Source: Escherichia phage vB_EcoM_IME392 | Reading direction: 5' to 3' (one strand) | Sequence record: MH719082.1 | DNA: 64,000 nt | Part shown: piece by piece, positions 8,890-18,873 of the stretch | Position numbering within the stretch: the first letter of the stretch is position 1 | Layout: every line of letters starts with the position of its first letter | The notes under the pieces: generated by a model | Seen by the model: the letters and a program-made list of their open reading frames with translations, nothing else | What the model was told of the DNA's origin: nothing | Database searches by the model: none | Position numbers and translations under genes: made by a program

Positions 8890-9363
8890 ATGGGCGAGTT
8901 AGCTAAGCAAAACTTAAGTACTATTCAAAAGGGTCTTTCCTTAGTTAATTCGGAGGGCTCTGAATCCGTAAACGTTAAAGCCCTACAAGGTAAAGAAATA
9001 GGCTTACAGATTCTTCAGTTAGGTCTGGCAGAATCCGAGGCTAACCGAGTAGCAAAGCTTAACGGGATTATAGAGATCCTGGAAAAGAAAATATTCGATC
9101 CTGAGCGATTAGATAGACTTACCGAGAAGGAGCAGATCGAGAGATATCAGCTGGCCTTAGCTAGCGCATCTCAATCGGCAGCATTCGTTAAATCGACCAT
9201 CGGCTCGATTAACTGGACAGCTATCGAAGTTTCTCTCTTAAGTCTGGCATCCGCCATTGAGACAGCCAACGAAGGTCAGTCTCCTAAGGATCGTAAAGAC
9301 ATGTCTACTATTGCCAATAACTTGATTAAGCAGTTGGCAGAAGGCATTGGTCCTAAGGGGTAA
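8890..9363 (+). CDS. putative terminase small subunit (positional call)
   Basis: start at ATG 8890 with AGGAG RBS; immediately upstream of large terminase. Confidence 0.35.
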   Translation: MGELAKQNLSTIQKGLSLVNSEGSESVNVKALQGKEIGLQILQLGLAESEANRVAKLNGIIEILEKKIFDPERLDRLTEKEQIERYQLALASASQSAAFVKSTIGSINWTAIEVSLLSLASAIETANEGQSPKDRKDMSTIANNLIKQLAEGIGPKG

Positions 9364-9366
9364 GCC

Positions 9367-11193
9367 ATGGCTGATGCATTAGATGAGTTTATTGAAGCAT
9401 GTGGCTCTAGACTCGAAGCTATGCATCAGTTAGCATTGATGAGTGGCTACGAGGAGCGGGTTCCAACGATCCAAGAGTTCGTAATGGATCCATACTACCT
9501 GGGTAAGTCCTTGGTAGATGCTGATGGTGTCTGCTCGGTCTATCCTATTTGGATGGATGCTCTGGCTAAGATTTATCCTACTCCGTACACTTCACCAGCC
9601 GTAGAGATTTATCTCACTGGTGGTATCGGTCTTGGTAAGTCTACTGCTGCTAAGATTATCACTCTCTATGACTTGTGCAAATTGCTATGTCTTAGAGATC
9701 CTCGTGCACATTTTAAACTTCTGCCATCCACAGTAATTCGCTGGATGCTGATGAACGCCACTAAAGGTCTGTCCTACGATGTACTCTATGCAGAGATCAT
9801 CGAGTGGATAGAGAATAGCCCATTCTTCAAAGGTAAGATGACTGGTGGTAAGAATCCTCGTACTCTGTTCATTAAGAACGTAGACTTAGGATTCGGTTCT
9901 CGTGGTCAAGATGCTCTGGGTCAGGCTACCGTAGGTGCCATCTTCTCAGAGATAAACGACATGACCGTAGTTCACGGTCAAGCAGAAGATAACTTTGATA
10001 CCATCTATACTCGTATGAACTCTCGTTTCGGGGGTAAAGGGGTAGAGATGATTGGCCACTTGATTCTGGACTCTTCGAATAAGGGAAACCGTTCCTTTAT
10101 CGATGTTCGTCTAGAGGATAAGGCCAAGAAAGGAATTCACGACTATCTGTTATTCAGATACGCTCACTGGGAAGCTAAATGGCACCTCGGCGGGTATTCT
10201 GGGGAAATGTTCTACGTCTATGCTGGTGACCAGTATCGAGATCCGTTTATCTTCGATGAGAATACTCTCAAGATTAAAGACGGTCTGGAGCCATCTCGTA
10301 TTATCTCTGTACCTGTTGAACATAGACAGGAATTCGAGACTAACATTGTTAAGTCTCTTAGGGATCTTGCAGGTGTGTCCACATTCGGTACATGGTCGTT
10401 CATCTCGTCCTACGAGGTGCTTAACCGAGCTGCTGATCACATTAACCCTACTGAATCTAACGTGGTGGTTCTGGACTTCTTCGATAAGGAGCAGACTCTT
10501 CACCAGACTATAGATATTCCTAGACTTGCCTTCCTTAATAAGAAGGATAGGTTCATCCATATTGACTTGGGTCTTAAGAACGACTCAACTGGTATAGCCT
10601 GTTCCTATCTCGATGGTTATGTTGACCAAGAGACTTACGATCCTCTAACCAGTACGCGCATGGTTACTCGTGAACCTAAGATCGTTACTGAGTGGGCGTT
10701 AGAAATTACCTGCCAGCCTGGTCAGGAAGTTCCTATCTACAAGATTAAGAACTTCTTAATAGAAGCATCTCAGCAGGGTTACCCAATTAAAATGGTAACC
10801 ACCGATGGATACCAATCCACTAACTTACGTCAGGATTTAACTCTGGCTGGGTTCGAGACTGCTCTGCTATCTGTTGACCGGACTAAAGATCCATATAACT
10901 ACTTAAGGAACTCGATTCTCGAAGGTCGCAGCACTATTCCAGCTGTACCTAAGTTGATCAAAGAACTTAAGGAGCTAGAGGAAGGCGAAGGTAAATTCGA
11001 CCATCCACCAGATGGCTCTAAGGATATCGCGGATGCCGTATGTGGATCCCAATGGTCTGTTAAGGAGAATATCCATAAGATCGGGTCTACTGCTACGGTT
11101 GAAGATCTTCAAGTTGCACTCCACGAACTTAATAAGTCTAGGGATGCGAAGGAGATGTTTCGGAACATTATTAAGCAACGAGTGGGTGGCTAA
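9367..11193 (+). CDS. terL: terminase large subunit
   Basis: 608 aa; N-terminal P-loop GGIGLGKST; C-terminal RNaseH-like nuclease motifs IHIDLGLKNDSTGIA and DHPPDGSKDIADA; followed by portal. Confidence 0.75.
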   Translation: MADALDEFIEACGSRLEAMHQLALMSGYEERVPTIQEFVMDPYYLGKSLVDADGVCSVYPIWMDALAKIYPTPYTSPAVEIYLTGGIGLGKSTAAKIITLYDLCKLLCLRDPRAHFKLLPSTVIRWMLMNATKGLSYDVLYAEIIEWIENSPFFKGKMTGGKNPRTLFIKNVDLGFGSRGQDALGQATVGAIFSEINDMTVVHGQAEDNFDTIYTRMNSRFGGKGVEMIGHLILDSSNKGNRSFIDVRLEDKAKKGIHDYLLFRYAHWEAKWHLGGYSGEMFYVYAGDQYRDPFIFDENTLKIKDGLEPSRIISVPVEHRQEFETNIVKSLRDLAGVSTFGTWSFISSYEVLNRAADHINPTESNVVVLDFFDKEQTLHQTIDIPRLAFLNKKDRFIHIDLGLKNDSTGIACSYLDGYVDQETYDPLTSTRMVTREPKIVTEWALEITCQPGQEVPIYKIKNFLIEASQQGYPIKMVTTDGYQSTNLRQDLTLAGFETALLSVDRTKDPYNYLRNSILEGRSTIPAVPKLIKELKELEEGEGKFDHPPDGSKDIADAVCGSQWSVKENIHKIGSTATVEDLQVALHELNKSRDAKEMFRNIIKQRVGG

Positions 11194-12771
11194 ATGGCAG
11201 AAAACGAAGTGGTCTCTAAGCAAGACTTAGATGACAAACCTGGTTCTCGCCAGGAGGTCTTAGCAAAGTTGCTAGACGATACCATCACTATGAAGCATAG
11301 TGATGGATTGTTGGGCACGGTACAGGCTTACCTTACCGATCGCCTTACCAATATGGTAACCACTCGTGAAAAGTATTTCAACGAGCTGGCGAGATTTCGC
11401 TATAACTATATCACAGCTGGTATCTATGATATCATCTGCAATGACGTGCTCACCAATACGGATGATGGTGGATTCGTCATAGAGATTGAAGGTGATGAAG
11501 AACTGACTCAGGAGGCGAACGAGCTAATTAAGGCTCTGGCCATCCCGGACTTCCTCACCTCCATTTTGCCGGAGTTACTGCACTATGGATCATACCCCTT
11601 AAGACCGTCACTGGAAGATGGCGAGGGATTGATTGGGTTGGTGGATGATTTTGATCCGCGTGATGTTATCGCAGTAACTGATTCATCCGGCCTTCCTATT
11701 TTCTTCTTCGTGAATTACACGACTAAAGATGCTGGGTACATAGACTATGAGTCTCGTCAGAAGATGGAGTATCTAGGTCCTCAAGAGGTATCTTACCTCT
11801 CTCTGGATCAGAACTTCATTAAGCTGCCGATTCCCGATAAAGTCACTGCCCAGATGAAGCGTAAAATTACGGAAGAGTTGGGTGAAGACGAACCTATGGC
11901 TAAGCTCATGGGTAAGTCGATTAAAATTCGTTCGTCCTTGTCATTCTTATGGGGATCTCTGGATAAGCTCAAGAATATCTTGATGCTGGATAAGGTTAAC
12001 GTCTATAAGACGCTGGCTAACCTCCTGAGTCCGTCTGTAATCGGTGTTCCTCTCCCGAATAATAACGACATTAAGCAGATGAAGTCTATAGTCAACGACT
12101 ATGACCAAATCATTAACAGTACTAACCTGTTTGCTGCTGATATGAGTAACCTCCAGTTTAACCTGCAGGATATTGTATCAGTTAAAGTCGTTCCTATCTC
12201 TGGAGATCGGTCTGTACCTCAGATCCTGGATACTGGTAAGTCGGATAACACTATCGATCCAGAGAAGATCAGATCCGAGTTAGAGGTTCTGTTACAGTCC
12301 TATGGTATTCCTCTGGAATTATTCCTCGGAAGCCTTTCCTCTAAGGATAACCTAAGGACGAATATTCGTTATGCTAAGAAGATCAAGCGCATCGGTAAGA
12401 GCCTGTGTAAATGGCTGCAATATCTGCTGCTGTTACACTTCGGCTTTAAATACGAGAATCTGGATCTCGAGTTATCTGAAATTAAGGTAACACTGAAGTC
12501 CTCTATTAACGTAGATGCTCTTGAGAATATGGAGACTCAAGATCTTCTTATCACAAGTATTAATGGTATGACTGGGATGCTGGATTCTCTGAAGAACGAG
12601 ATCGAGAACTCCAATTATACTATTGATAACGATGCTCTGCTTAAGGTAGTCGCGGATACTCTCGCAGACATAGGCTCTCCGTTCCACGGAGTAATTAAGC
12701 TTAAGTCCGAGGTCCCTATAACCCAGCAGACTCCTCCTGCTCCCCCAGAAGATGGTGAAGAGAATGAATAA
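11194..12771 (+). CDS. portal protein (positional and size-based)
   Basis: 525 aa directly after terL; acidic C-terminus. Confidence 0.55.
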   Translation: MAENEVVSKQDLDDKPGSRQEVLAKLLDDTITMKHSDGLLGTVQAYLTDRLTNMVTTREKYFNELARFRYNYITAGIYDIICNDVLTNTDDGGFVIEIEGDEELTQEANELIKALAIPDFLTSILPELLHYGSYPLRPSLEDGEGLIGLVDDFDPRDVIAVTDSSGLPIFFFVNYTTKDAGYIDYESRQKMEYLGPQEVSYLSLDQNFIKLPIPDKVTAQMKRKITEELGEDEPMAKLMGKSIKIRSSLSFLWGSLDKLKNILMLDKVNVYKTLANLLSPSVIGVPLPNNNDIKQMKSIVNDYDQIINSTNLFAADMSNLQFNLQDIVSVKVVPISGDRSVPQILDTGKSDNTIDPEKIRSELEVLLQSYGIPLELFLGSLSSKDNLRTNIRYAKKIKRIGKSLCKWLQYLLLLHFGFKYENLDLELSEIKVTLKSSINVDALENMETQDLLITSINGMTGMLDSLKNEIENSNYTIDNDALLKVVADTLADIGSPFHGVIKLKSEVPITQQTPPAPPEDGEENE

Positions 12772-13018
12772 ATCTGAGCTGCTTATGCAAGCTGTTGATG
12801 AGTCTGCTGCTACTACGTACACGCTGACTCGCCTTGCAAAAGATAACAGCGATACCGTAAATGGTGTGCTGGATAACTTCCTCCGTGACGTGCAGATCCA
12901 CGATGCTGGCGCTACTGCATCTACCGATGACAATGGCGATCTCACAGTAACTACTCGCCTCGGCGATGGTCTGACTTATATCATGGAAAAGTACGGCTTC
13001 AGCTACACTAAGTCGTAA
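12764..13018 (+). CDS. hypothetical head-module protein
   Basis: ORF, start at internal ATG. Confidence 0.4.
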   Translation: MNKSELLMQAVDESAATTYTLTRLAKDNSDTVNGVLDNFLRDVQIHDAGATASTDDNGDLTVTTRLGDGLTYIMEKYGFSYTKS

Positions 13019-13030
13019 TAAGGAACCGCT

Positions 13031-14467
13031 ATGGAAGTCGTAGACTCAGTCAATGCTGTTGACTTAGTTGAGGTATCCGAGGCAGTCCAATTCGACGTAG
13101 TTGAAAACGCATCCGAAGTTGATGGAAAATACGTCCTAGCGAAAGCTGTAGGTCCTGCGTTCTTTCCTGGTCAAACCTCTGGTAATAAAGTTTATTACCC
13201 CGAGGCGCTCTGGGAAAAAGTGCTGGCCGATGGGGACGTTAATTCCCGGCTGCAAAACCGTACCATGTTTGGTACGATTGGTCACGACATTGAGGATATC
13301 AATGACGAGGTCATCCGTCGAGGCGAACTGTCTCATATCGTAACTAAACTTTTTGTAGATGATGCTGGTGTAGGTCGAGCTGAGTATCTGGTGGTCAATA
13401 CCCCGACTGGTCAGATTCTCAACACGCTACTCCGAGCAGGCTCTAAGCTGCGGGTGTCTACAAAGGCTAAGGGAGCGTTGTCCCATCCAGATGAGAATGG
13501 GGTCAAAACTCTCAGAAGCTACTATCTTAAAAGGATAGACTTCGTACTTACCCCAGGATTCGAGCAGGCACTGCCCGAAGTAGCAGAGTCTCTGAACAAA
13601 ATCCGTAACCAACTACCAGATCCCGTCGAGGAGAGTAAAATGGAACAGAACGAATTCATTGAGCACCTTAAGACTGAGAACGCTCAGCTGAAGGCTCAGG
13701 TTGATGAATCCAAGCAGGCCAATACGGTCCTGAAAACTCAGCTGGATGAAGCGAAGACCCAACTGGCTACCGCTACCGCCCAGCTGGCTGAAGTTAACGA
13801 GTCCCTGGCTAAATACCAGACTCTGGGTACCTTCGAGCAGGTAGACGAAGCACTGACTAAAGGTGCGGAAACTATCACCACTCTGAAAGAGTCTCTGAAC
13901 GAGGCTATCGAAGAGTCTGCTCACGACGTCCACGATCTGGAAGTCGTAGAAGAAGCTCTGGAGAAATACAAAGAGCTGGGTACTCCTGAAGAGATCTCCG
14001 AAGCTATCGCCACCCTGAATGGCTTGATCGAAGAGAAAGAGACCCAGGTCTGCGAATCTCTGGCCAAGAAATTCAAACGCAGCCCGAGCATGATTAAAAC
14101 CATGCAGACTGCGCTGGGTGGCCTGGATAAAGTCGAAGAAGCTCTGGTAGCTGAAGCTGCCGAACTGGGCATCAAAATCGACGAATCCGACGATGGCGAA
14201 GATAAAGGCGACGGTAAAGACGATAAGGGTGATGACAAATCCGACAAGAAAGATGGTGGGGATGACAAAGGCGACGATGCCGATGAATCCAAGAAAACTC
14301 CGTCTAAAGTCGAAGAGTCCCTGAATCGTGTAAATCGCCTGGGATCTCTGATGTCTACCAAACAGATCCGCACCAATCTGATTAATACCCAGAAAGTTGA
14401 CGAGTCTGCTGGTAAAACTGCCGACGCGCCTCAATCTCGTGCCGGTAAACTGATGTCTCGTCGATAA
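13031..14467 (+). CDS. putative prohead protease-scaffolding fusion protein
   Basis: 478 aa; globular N-terminal 200 aa followed by Ala/Glu/Lys/Gln-rich coiled-coil and acidic D/K-rich tract typical of scaffolds; sits between portal and capsid. Confidence 0.5.
   Translation: MEVVDSVNAVDLVEVSEAVQFDVVENASEVDGKYVLAKAVGPAFFPGQTSGNKVYYPEALWEKVLADGDVNSRLQNRTMFGTIGHDIEDINDEVIRRGELSHIVTKLFVDDAGVGRAEYLVVNTPTGQILNTLLRAGSKLRVSTKAKGALSHPDENGVKTLRSYYLKRIDFVLTPGFEQALPEVAESLNKIRNQLPDPVEESKMEQNEFIEHLKTENAQLKAQVDESKQANTVLKTQLDEAKTQLATATAQLAEVNESLAKYQTLGTFEQVDEALTKGAETITTLKESLNEAIEESAHDVHDLEVVEEALEKYKELGTPEEISEAIATLNGLIEEKETQVCESLAKKFKRSPSMIKTMQTALGGLDKVEEALVAEAAELGIKIDESDDGEDKGDGKDDKGDDKSDKKDGGDDKGDDADESKKTPSKVEESLNRVNRLGSLMSTKQIRTNLINTQKVDESAGKTADAPQSRAGKLMSRR
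13640..14467 (+). CDS. nested in-frame scaffolding protein (internal start within 13031-14467)
   Basis: in-frame ATG at 13640 preceded by GAGGAGAG; codon usage switches to highly optimised exactly here. Confidence 0.4.
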   Translation: MEQNEFIEHLKTENAQLKAQVDESKQANTVLKTQLDEAKTQLATATAQLAEVNESLAKYQTLGTFEQVDEALTKGAETITTLKESLNEAIEESAHDVHDLEVVEEALEKYKELGTPEEISEAIATLNGLIEEKETQVCESLAKKFKRSPSMIKTMQTALGGLDKVEEALVAEAAELGIKIDESDDGEDKGDGKDDKGDDKSDKKDGGDDKGDDADESKKTPSKVEESLNRVNRLGSLMSTKQIRTNLINTQKVDESAGKTADAPQSRAGKLMSRR

Positions 14468-14522
14468 CAGACTCAGTATCCGTAAGTGTAATTTGACTTT
14501 CCATGATTAAGGACTAATTTTC

Positions 14523-15950
14523 ATGACTAAGCAGAATATCGTGCTGTCTAACGTCGACGAGGCCTCCGCAGATGTAATGGCTAACGCCTACTTCGACAAA
14601 TACAGCGAGCAAATGGATGCATACGCATCTAACTCCATCCTGGCGCGTGTTAACGAAAGCCTGTCTCCGTTCGAAATGATCGCAGTCGGCCAGACTCTGG
14701 ACCAGTACCAGGGTTACCAGAAGTACGTCAACGAATCCATGAGTGGCCTGGCATCTATGGGTGCTATTCCGGCAATCGCTCTGGACGTTATTACCGCATC
14801 TGTCGGTAACTCAATCCTGCCTCTGATCTGCTCTATCCAGCCGATCCCTGAAGAGCATGGTATTGTTTACTACCGTCAGATCAAAGCATCCCAGACCTCC
14901 GGCGGTTACAACGCAGGCGACGTGATCCGTGATCCGCTGTCTCGTGATAATCCTGGCGAAGGTACCCTGGGTGCCCAGCGTCGTCAGCAGGTAATCGGCA
15001 CCGGTAACGGCACCGAAACTAACTTCGCTGCTACTCTGGAACTGTATCCTGTTCGTCCGAACATGGTCTTCGTCAACATCCCTGGTGTTGGTAATGGTCA
15101 GGACGACGGTAACGGTAAGATCCTGGGCTTCGGCTTCGATGGTACCATCAACTACAAAACTGGCGCGATCACTATCGCAGCTAAAGCAGCTGTTCCTAAC
15201 ACTGCTCAGGTTGCTGTTCGCTTCGACGTTGATGTTGATCTGCTGGATAACCTGGATAAAATCCAGGCTGGTCTGATCTCCAAAGATATCCGTGCGGAAA
15301 TCTGGACCCTGGCTGCTGATATCGGCACCTTCGCTAACTTCGCCTTCCAGAATCGCTTCGGCCGTTCTGCAGAAGACGAAGTCGCATCCGACCTGTCCAA
15401 CGAAATCACTAACGTCCTGAACGTTCGTGCTATCAAACAGATCGCTGCGATGGCTATCGGAGAAACTATCTGGGATCAGACTCCTCCGGCTGGTGTTTCC
15501 TACGCTGAGCACAAACTGACTCTGGTTGATACCTTTGCTCGTGCTGAATCCGTGTTGCACAACAACGCTGGTGTAGGCTCTGTGAACCGTATCATCTGCG
15601 GTCGCTCTGCTGCTGCGGTATTCCGTGGTATGCCTGAGTTCACCCCAGCAGGTCAGTCTGTCGGTACTTCCGTATCTCTGTACGGCTTCTACGACGGCGT
15701 GCCGGTAATTCGTGCAACTGGTGTTATCGAAGATAACGCTGCGTATCTGATCTGCAACCCGGACGGTTACTTCAACTGCCCGCTGGCATACTCTCCGTTC
15801 ATGCCGCTGATCGTTACCGATACCATCCAGAACCCGAACAACCCGTTCCGTGGTACTAAAGCTGCTGGCGTTTGGGCGGGTATGACCCAGCTGAACCCGA
15901 ACCTGGTAACCAAACTGACCTTCAAACTGGCTAACTTCTCTGGTAGCTAA
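14523..15950 (+). CDS. major capsid protein (putative)
   Basis: 475 aa; strongest codon optimisation in window; follows scaffold; strong terminator downstream. Confidence 0.6.
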   Translation: MTKQNIVLSNVDEASADVMANAYFDKYSEQMDAYASNSILARVNESLSPFEMIAVGQTLDQYQGYQKYVNESMSGLASMGAIPAIALDVITASVGNSILPLICSIQPIPEEHGIVYYRQIKASQTSGGYNAGDVIRDPLSRDNPGEGTLGAQRRQQVIGTGNGTETNFAATLELYPVRPNMVFVNIPGVGNGQDDGNGKILGFGFDGTINYKTGAITIAAKAAVPNTAQVAVRFDVDVDLLDNLDKIQAGLISKDIRAEIWTLAADIGTFANFAFQNRFGRSAEDEVASDLSNEITNVLNVRAIKQIAAMAIGETIWDQTPPAGVSYAEHKLTLVDTFARAESVLHNNAGVGSVNRIICGRSAAAVFRGMPEFTPAGQSVGTSVSLYGFYDGVPVIRATGVIEDNAAYLICNPDGYFNCPLAYSPFMPLIVTDTIQNPNNPFRGTKAAGVWAGMTQLNPNLVTKLTFKLANFSGS

Positions 15951-15976
15951 GATTTGATGCGTTAAGTTGGCATTAG

Positions 15977-16010
15977 CTACGGCCTCTTATTGAGGCCGTA
16001 GTTTTTCTTG
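15977..16010 (+). terminator. rho-independent terminator after capsid gene
   Basis: perfect 10-bp stem CTACGGCCTC/GAGGCCGTAG, loop TTATT, then TTTTTCTTGTTTT. Confidence 0.7.
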
Positions 16011-16022
16011 TTTTAATTTACT

Positions 16023-16052
16023 TTGACATATCTCGATTAGTCAAACTAAATT
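16023..16052 (+). promoter_or_regulatory. sigma70-like promoter candidate
   Basis: TTGACA (16023-16028), 18-bp spacer, TAAATT (16047-16052); palindrome ACTAAATTTAGT (16045-16056) overlaps the -10. Confidence 0.4.
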
Positions 16053-16099
16053 TAGTCAGGACGACACACTAGCACTAACCACCAACCAAAGAGGTAGAT

Positions 16100-16816
16100 A
16101 TGTATAAGGTAACTAATAAGTCCGAGTACACTGTTCAAGCTAACCTATCCGCAGACGGTCCGGTAAGCATCGCTCCTAAAGAGAGTCTGACCATTCGTAA
16201 CCCGTCTCGCGATTTCGTTAAAGAGATCGGTCGCGTATCTAACCTGCTTTCCTATACGGAAGTAAGTGGTGATGCGTCTGGTGATCAGACCGATAAAGAC
16301 GAAGTGGTCGTAGCTGAGCCAGAACATCCGAACTCGCTGGACAAAGAGCCAGGTACTGTTATTCAGGGTACTGCTCTGACCAAAGAAGAAATTAACACTG
16401 CTGCTGAGCGCTCTGATCATAAGATCAATGACAAAGTGCCCGACACTGCGGTAGTTGGCGCTAACCAGGATGCTGCTGCACCTAAAACTGGTGGCGAGTC
16501 TAACGTCGCTCCTAAAGAAGTGACTGACGCAGAATTAAATAACGCTGGCGCTGGCGCTGCTGCCGGTGGTGAAGATCAGGGTACTGGTAATGCGGAAGAT
16601 GCTTCTGCAGATAAATCCGACTCTGGCATCCGTCAGTTTACCGGTGAAGAACCTACCAAATCTGAAGATGACGGCGAAGGTGAGCAGTACACTCGCGAAG
16701 AGCTGGAATCTACTCACTGGGCTACCGTTAAGAGCATCGCGGAATCTAACGGTATTGACTACACCAACAAAGGTGAAGCGATCACCGCTATTCTGGATGC
16801 TAAAGTAACCAAGTAA
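16100..16816 (+). CDS. acidic virion-associated protein with C-terminal HeH/Rho-N-like motif (decoration protein candidate)
   Basis: 238 aa; AAGAGG RBS; highly optimised codons; C-terminal WATVKSIAESNGIDYTNKGEAITAIL. Confidence 0.45.
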   Translation: MYKVTNKSEYTVQANLSADGPVSIAPKESLTIRNPSRDFVKEIGRVSNLLSYTEVSGDASGDQTDKDEVVVAEPEHPNSLDKEPGTVIQGTALTKEEINTAAERSDHKINDKVPDTAVVGANQDAAAPKTGGESNVAPKEVTDAELNNAGAGAAAGGEDQGTGNAEDASADKSDSGIRQFTGEEPTKSEDDGEGEQYTREELESTHWATVKSIAESNGIDYTNKGEAITAILDAKVTK

Positions 16817-16849
16817 TAGCTAAAATTCAACGAGCCTACGGAGCATAGT

Positions 16850-17386
16850 ATGGATATTCGCAGTTTAGTTCTCCAGGGAACAGATACTCTCAGGAAGAAT
16901 CAATATCCTACTGGTAAAGTAGGCTCGTTCGATTTTAACTATGTTATGAGAAATAAACAGCTCATCGTTAAATCTCAGGCACGCCCTTCCAGTGGTGAAT
17001 CGTATTCGGCATATCAGTCCCAGATTGTATTCTCTGGAGTAGGTTATTCTGATGTTCCGTCTCCTGATTTCCCTCTGACGTACAATTCTCCTAACGGGAA
17101 GATTTATCTTCAGAAGCCTACCACTCGGAATACTGTCCAGATCAGATGTTCTTGTAAGGACGATTATTTCATGTGGCAGTACCCTAATAAGTCTAAGGGT
17201 GCTCTCCTGGGTAGATTTAAGCCGTATGTACGTAAAACAACGGATCGTCCTCCTAGAAACCCAGGCAACGTACCAGGAATGTGTAAACATGCTCTGGCTC
17301 TCGTGAAGAATCTGTTTTCTATGGGAGTTCTCCAGCCTGATTCTCAGGTACAAGAGTACTTATCAAGACCAACTAGGAGTATATAA
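16850..17386 (+). CDS. hypothetical structural protein
   Basis: ORF in head-tail gene series. Confidence 0.5.
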   Translation: MDIRSLVLQGTDTLRKNQYPTGKVGSFDFNYVMRNKQLIVKSQARPSSGESYSAYQSQIVFSGVGYSDVPSPDFPLTYNSPNGKIYLQKPTTRNTVQIRCSCKDDYFMWQYPNKSKGALLGRFKPYVRKTTDRPPRNPGNVPGMCKHALALVKNLFSMGVLQPDSQVQEYLSRPTRSI

Positions 17387-17673
17387 TGGTAACTGCAGCA
17401 GAAGTTCTTTCGTCTGTTGACGAAGCCACTTATACGATCAAGCGCATCAAACAGATTCGTGACGGTCGTCTGGTGATTCGTCAGAAGCGTCAGTACGCTG
17501 GTCCGGCACCTAAGCCAGGATTTAAGCGTAATCCTCAGACTGGCAACATCGAGAAGATGACAGCTACTGAGCACCGTAAGCGTTCTAAAGCTGTCCGTAA
17601 GGTACAGCGTAAGGCCACGGTTAAGCTGAAACGCGCTAAATCAATTCGTCGCAGAGAGGCTATGGGGTTATGA
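17386..17673 (+). CDS. small highly basic protein
   Basis: 95 aa, Lys/Arg-rich; AGGAG RBS. Confidence 0.5.
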   Translation: MVTAAEVLSSVDEATYTIKRIKQIRDGRLVIRQKRQYAGPAPKPGFKRNPQTGNIEKMTATEHRKRSKAVRKVQRKATVKLKRAKSIRRREAMGL

Positions 17674-18299
17674 GTCTGAGCTATGATGAACTCGTTGAAT
17701 CGTTCCTGTTAGAATCAGGGCAATTTATTCTGGATAGTCTGGATGATACTGCTCTTACGCAGGACCGAGTGGAGCTTATCATAGCTAAAGAGCTAGCCAC
17801 CTACTCCAGATATAAACCTAATCTGGTTACTGGAGCTTTGAATCTCTGGAATAACCGAAGATTTACTGGTAAGGATGAGCACGGTAATCCTGAGCCCATC
17901 CCTATCGTAATTCACCGACTATTCGTTAATGGTGGTTTTACTCGCTTGATCACCAACAATAGATTCGGTACCATCTCCCAGAACTACTGGCGCTTCGATA
18001 ACGGAGTGTTCAATATGTATATGGAAGATGGGCAGTACTTGTGTGAGTATGCAGTAGCGCACACCTATAATAAAGAAACTAAGTCAATCGACTCCTTAGA
18101 CTTAACAGCAACTACGTTCATGAGTATGGTTCATGGTAAGATGATGCAAGTCTTAGGCAGGTCCCGACGAGCCTTCCAGATCAGTGATAGTCCTATACTG
18201 ATGGATGGTGATGCACTAATAGCGGACGGCCAACAGATGTATGACCAGGCTATGGAAGATCTTAAAACCCAGAGCGATTACATGTTGGCTTCTATGTAA
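17670..18299 (+). CDS. hypothetical head-tail joining protein
   Basis: ORF, start overlaps upstream stop. Confidence 0.5.
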   Translation: MSLSYDELVESFLLESGQFILDSLDDTALTQDRVELIIAKELATYSRYKPNLVTGALNLWNNRRFTGKDEHGNPEPIPIVIHRLFVNGGFTRLITNNRFGTISQNYWRFDNGVFNMYMEDGQYLCEYAVAHTYNKETKSIDSLDLTATTFMSMVHGKMMQVLGRSRRAFQISDSPILMDGDALIADGQQMYDQAMEDLKTQSDYMLASM

Positions 18300-18308
18300 G
18301 AGGCTTTT

Positions 18309-18872
18309 ATGGAGAAGAGAACTCACCAGGATAGACTGGAGGAGGCTTCCCGCAAGTTCGCATTAGTTCAAATACCTTTAGCAGTGAAAACTGCTGGTAT
18401 ATATTGTCGGTTGTATCGTAAAGTCAACGACCTACGTGATGAGGTCTACGGCAATTACGGAGGAGTCGACGAACTAATCCCCATTACAGCGAACTCGGTG
18501 TATTCTGGCATGGATAATGCAGTTGCATCGGCATCAGGTTCGTCGCTGGACTTATCCAGCTTGGGTACTTTAGAGGACGGTGCGCTAGCTCAGAACGAAA
18601 TCGACGTCTCTTCGGGCTACGAAGTAGAAGACGAGTTCCGAGTGCTGCTTACCGCATCTCAATGGCGAATAGTAGCGGGCTATGAGGGAGGCTTCCTCGA
18701 GGATAGCGGGTATGCTTTTGCTCTTACCTCCAAGGACTTAAAGACAGGTGATGTCGTAGAGTTCGACAGGAAAGACGGAGCTCTCGCGAGATTCCGAGTA
18801 ATTAAGCCGGTATCTCTTGGTCGAAAAGTGGATATCGTTACCAGATTCCAATTATCAAACATAGGGGATTGA
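18309..18872 (+). CDS. hypothetical head-tail joining protein
   Basis: ORF with RBS. Confidence 0.5.
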   Translation: MEKRTHQDRLEEASRKFALVQIPLAVKTAGIYCRLYRKVNDLRDEVYGNYGGVDELIPITANSVYSGMDNAVASASGSSLDLSSLGTLEDGALAQNEIDVSSGYEVEDEFRVLLTASQWRIVAGYEGGFLEDSGYAFALTSKDLKTGDVVEFDRKDGALARFRVIKPVSLGRKVDIVTRFQLSNIGD

Positions 18873-18873
18873 T

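Noticed and set aside
13613-14434. 273-aa - strand ORF (and nested 13921-14376) antisense to the scaffold gene
   Set aside because: Lies inside a strongly codon-optimised + strand gene; low-complexity translation (Phe/Leu/Ser-rich); no RBS. Antisense artefact of a repetitive coiled-coil region.
14811-15560. 249-aa - strand ORF inside the major capsid gene
   Set aside because: Antisense to a highly optimised + strand CDS, no start context; open frame is a by-product of biased codon usage.
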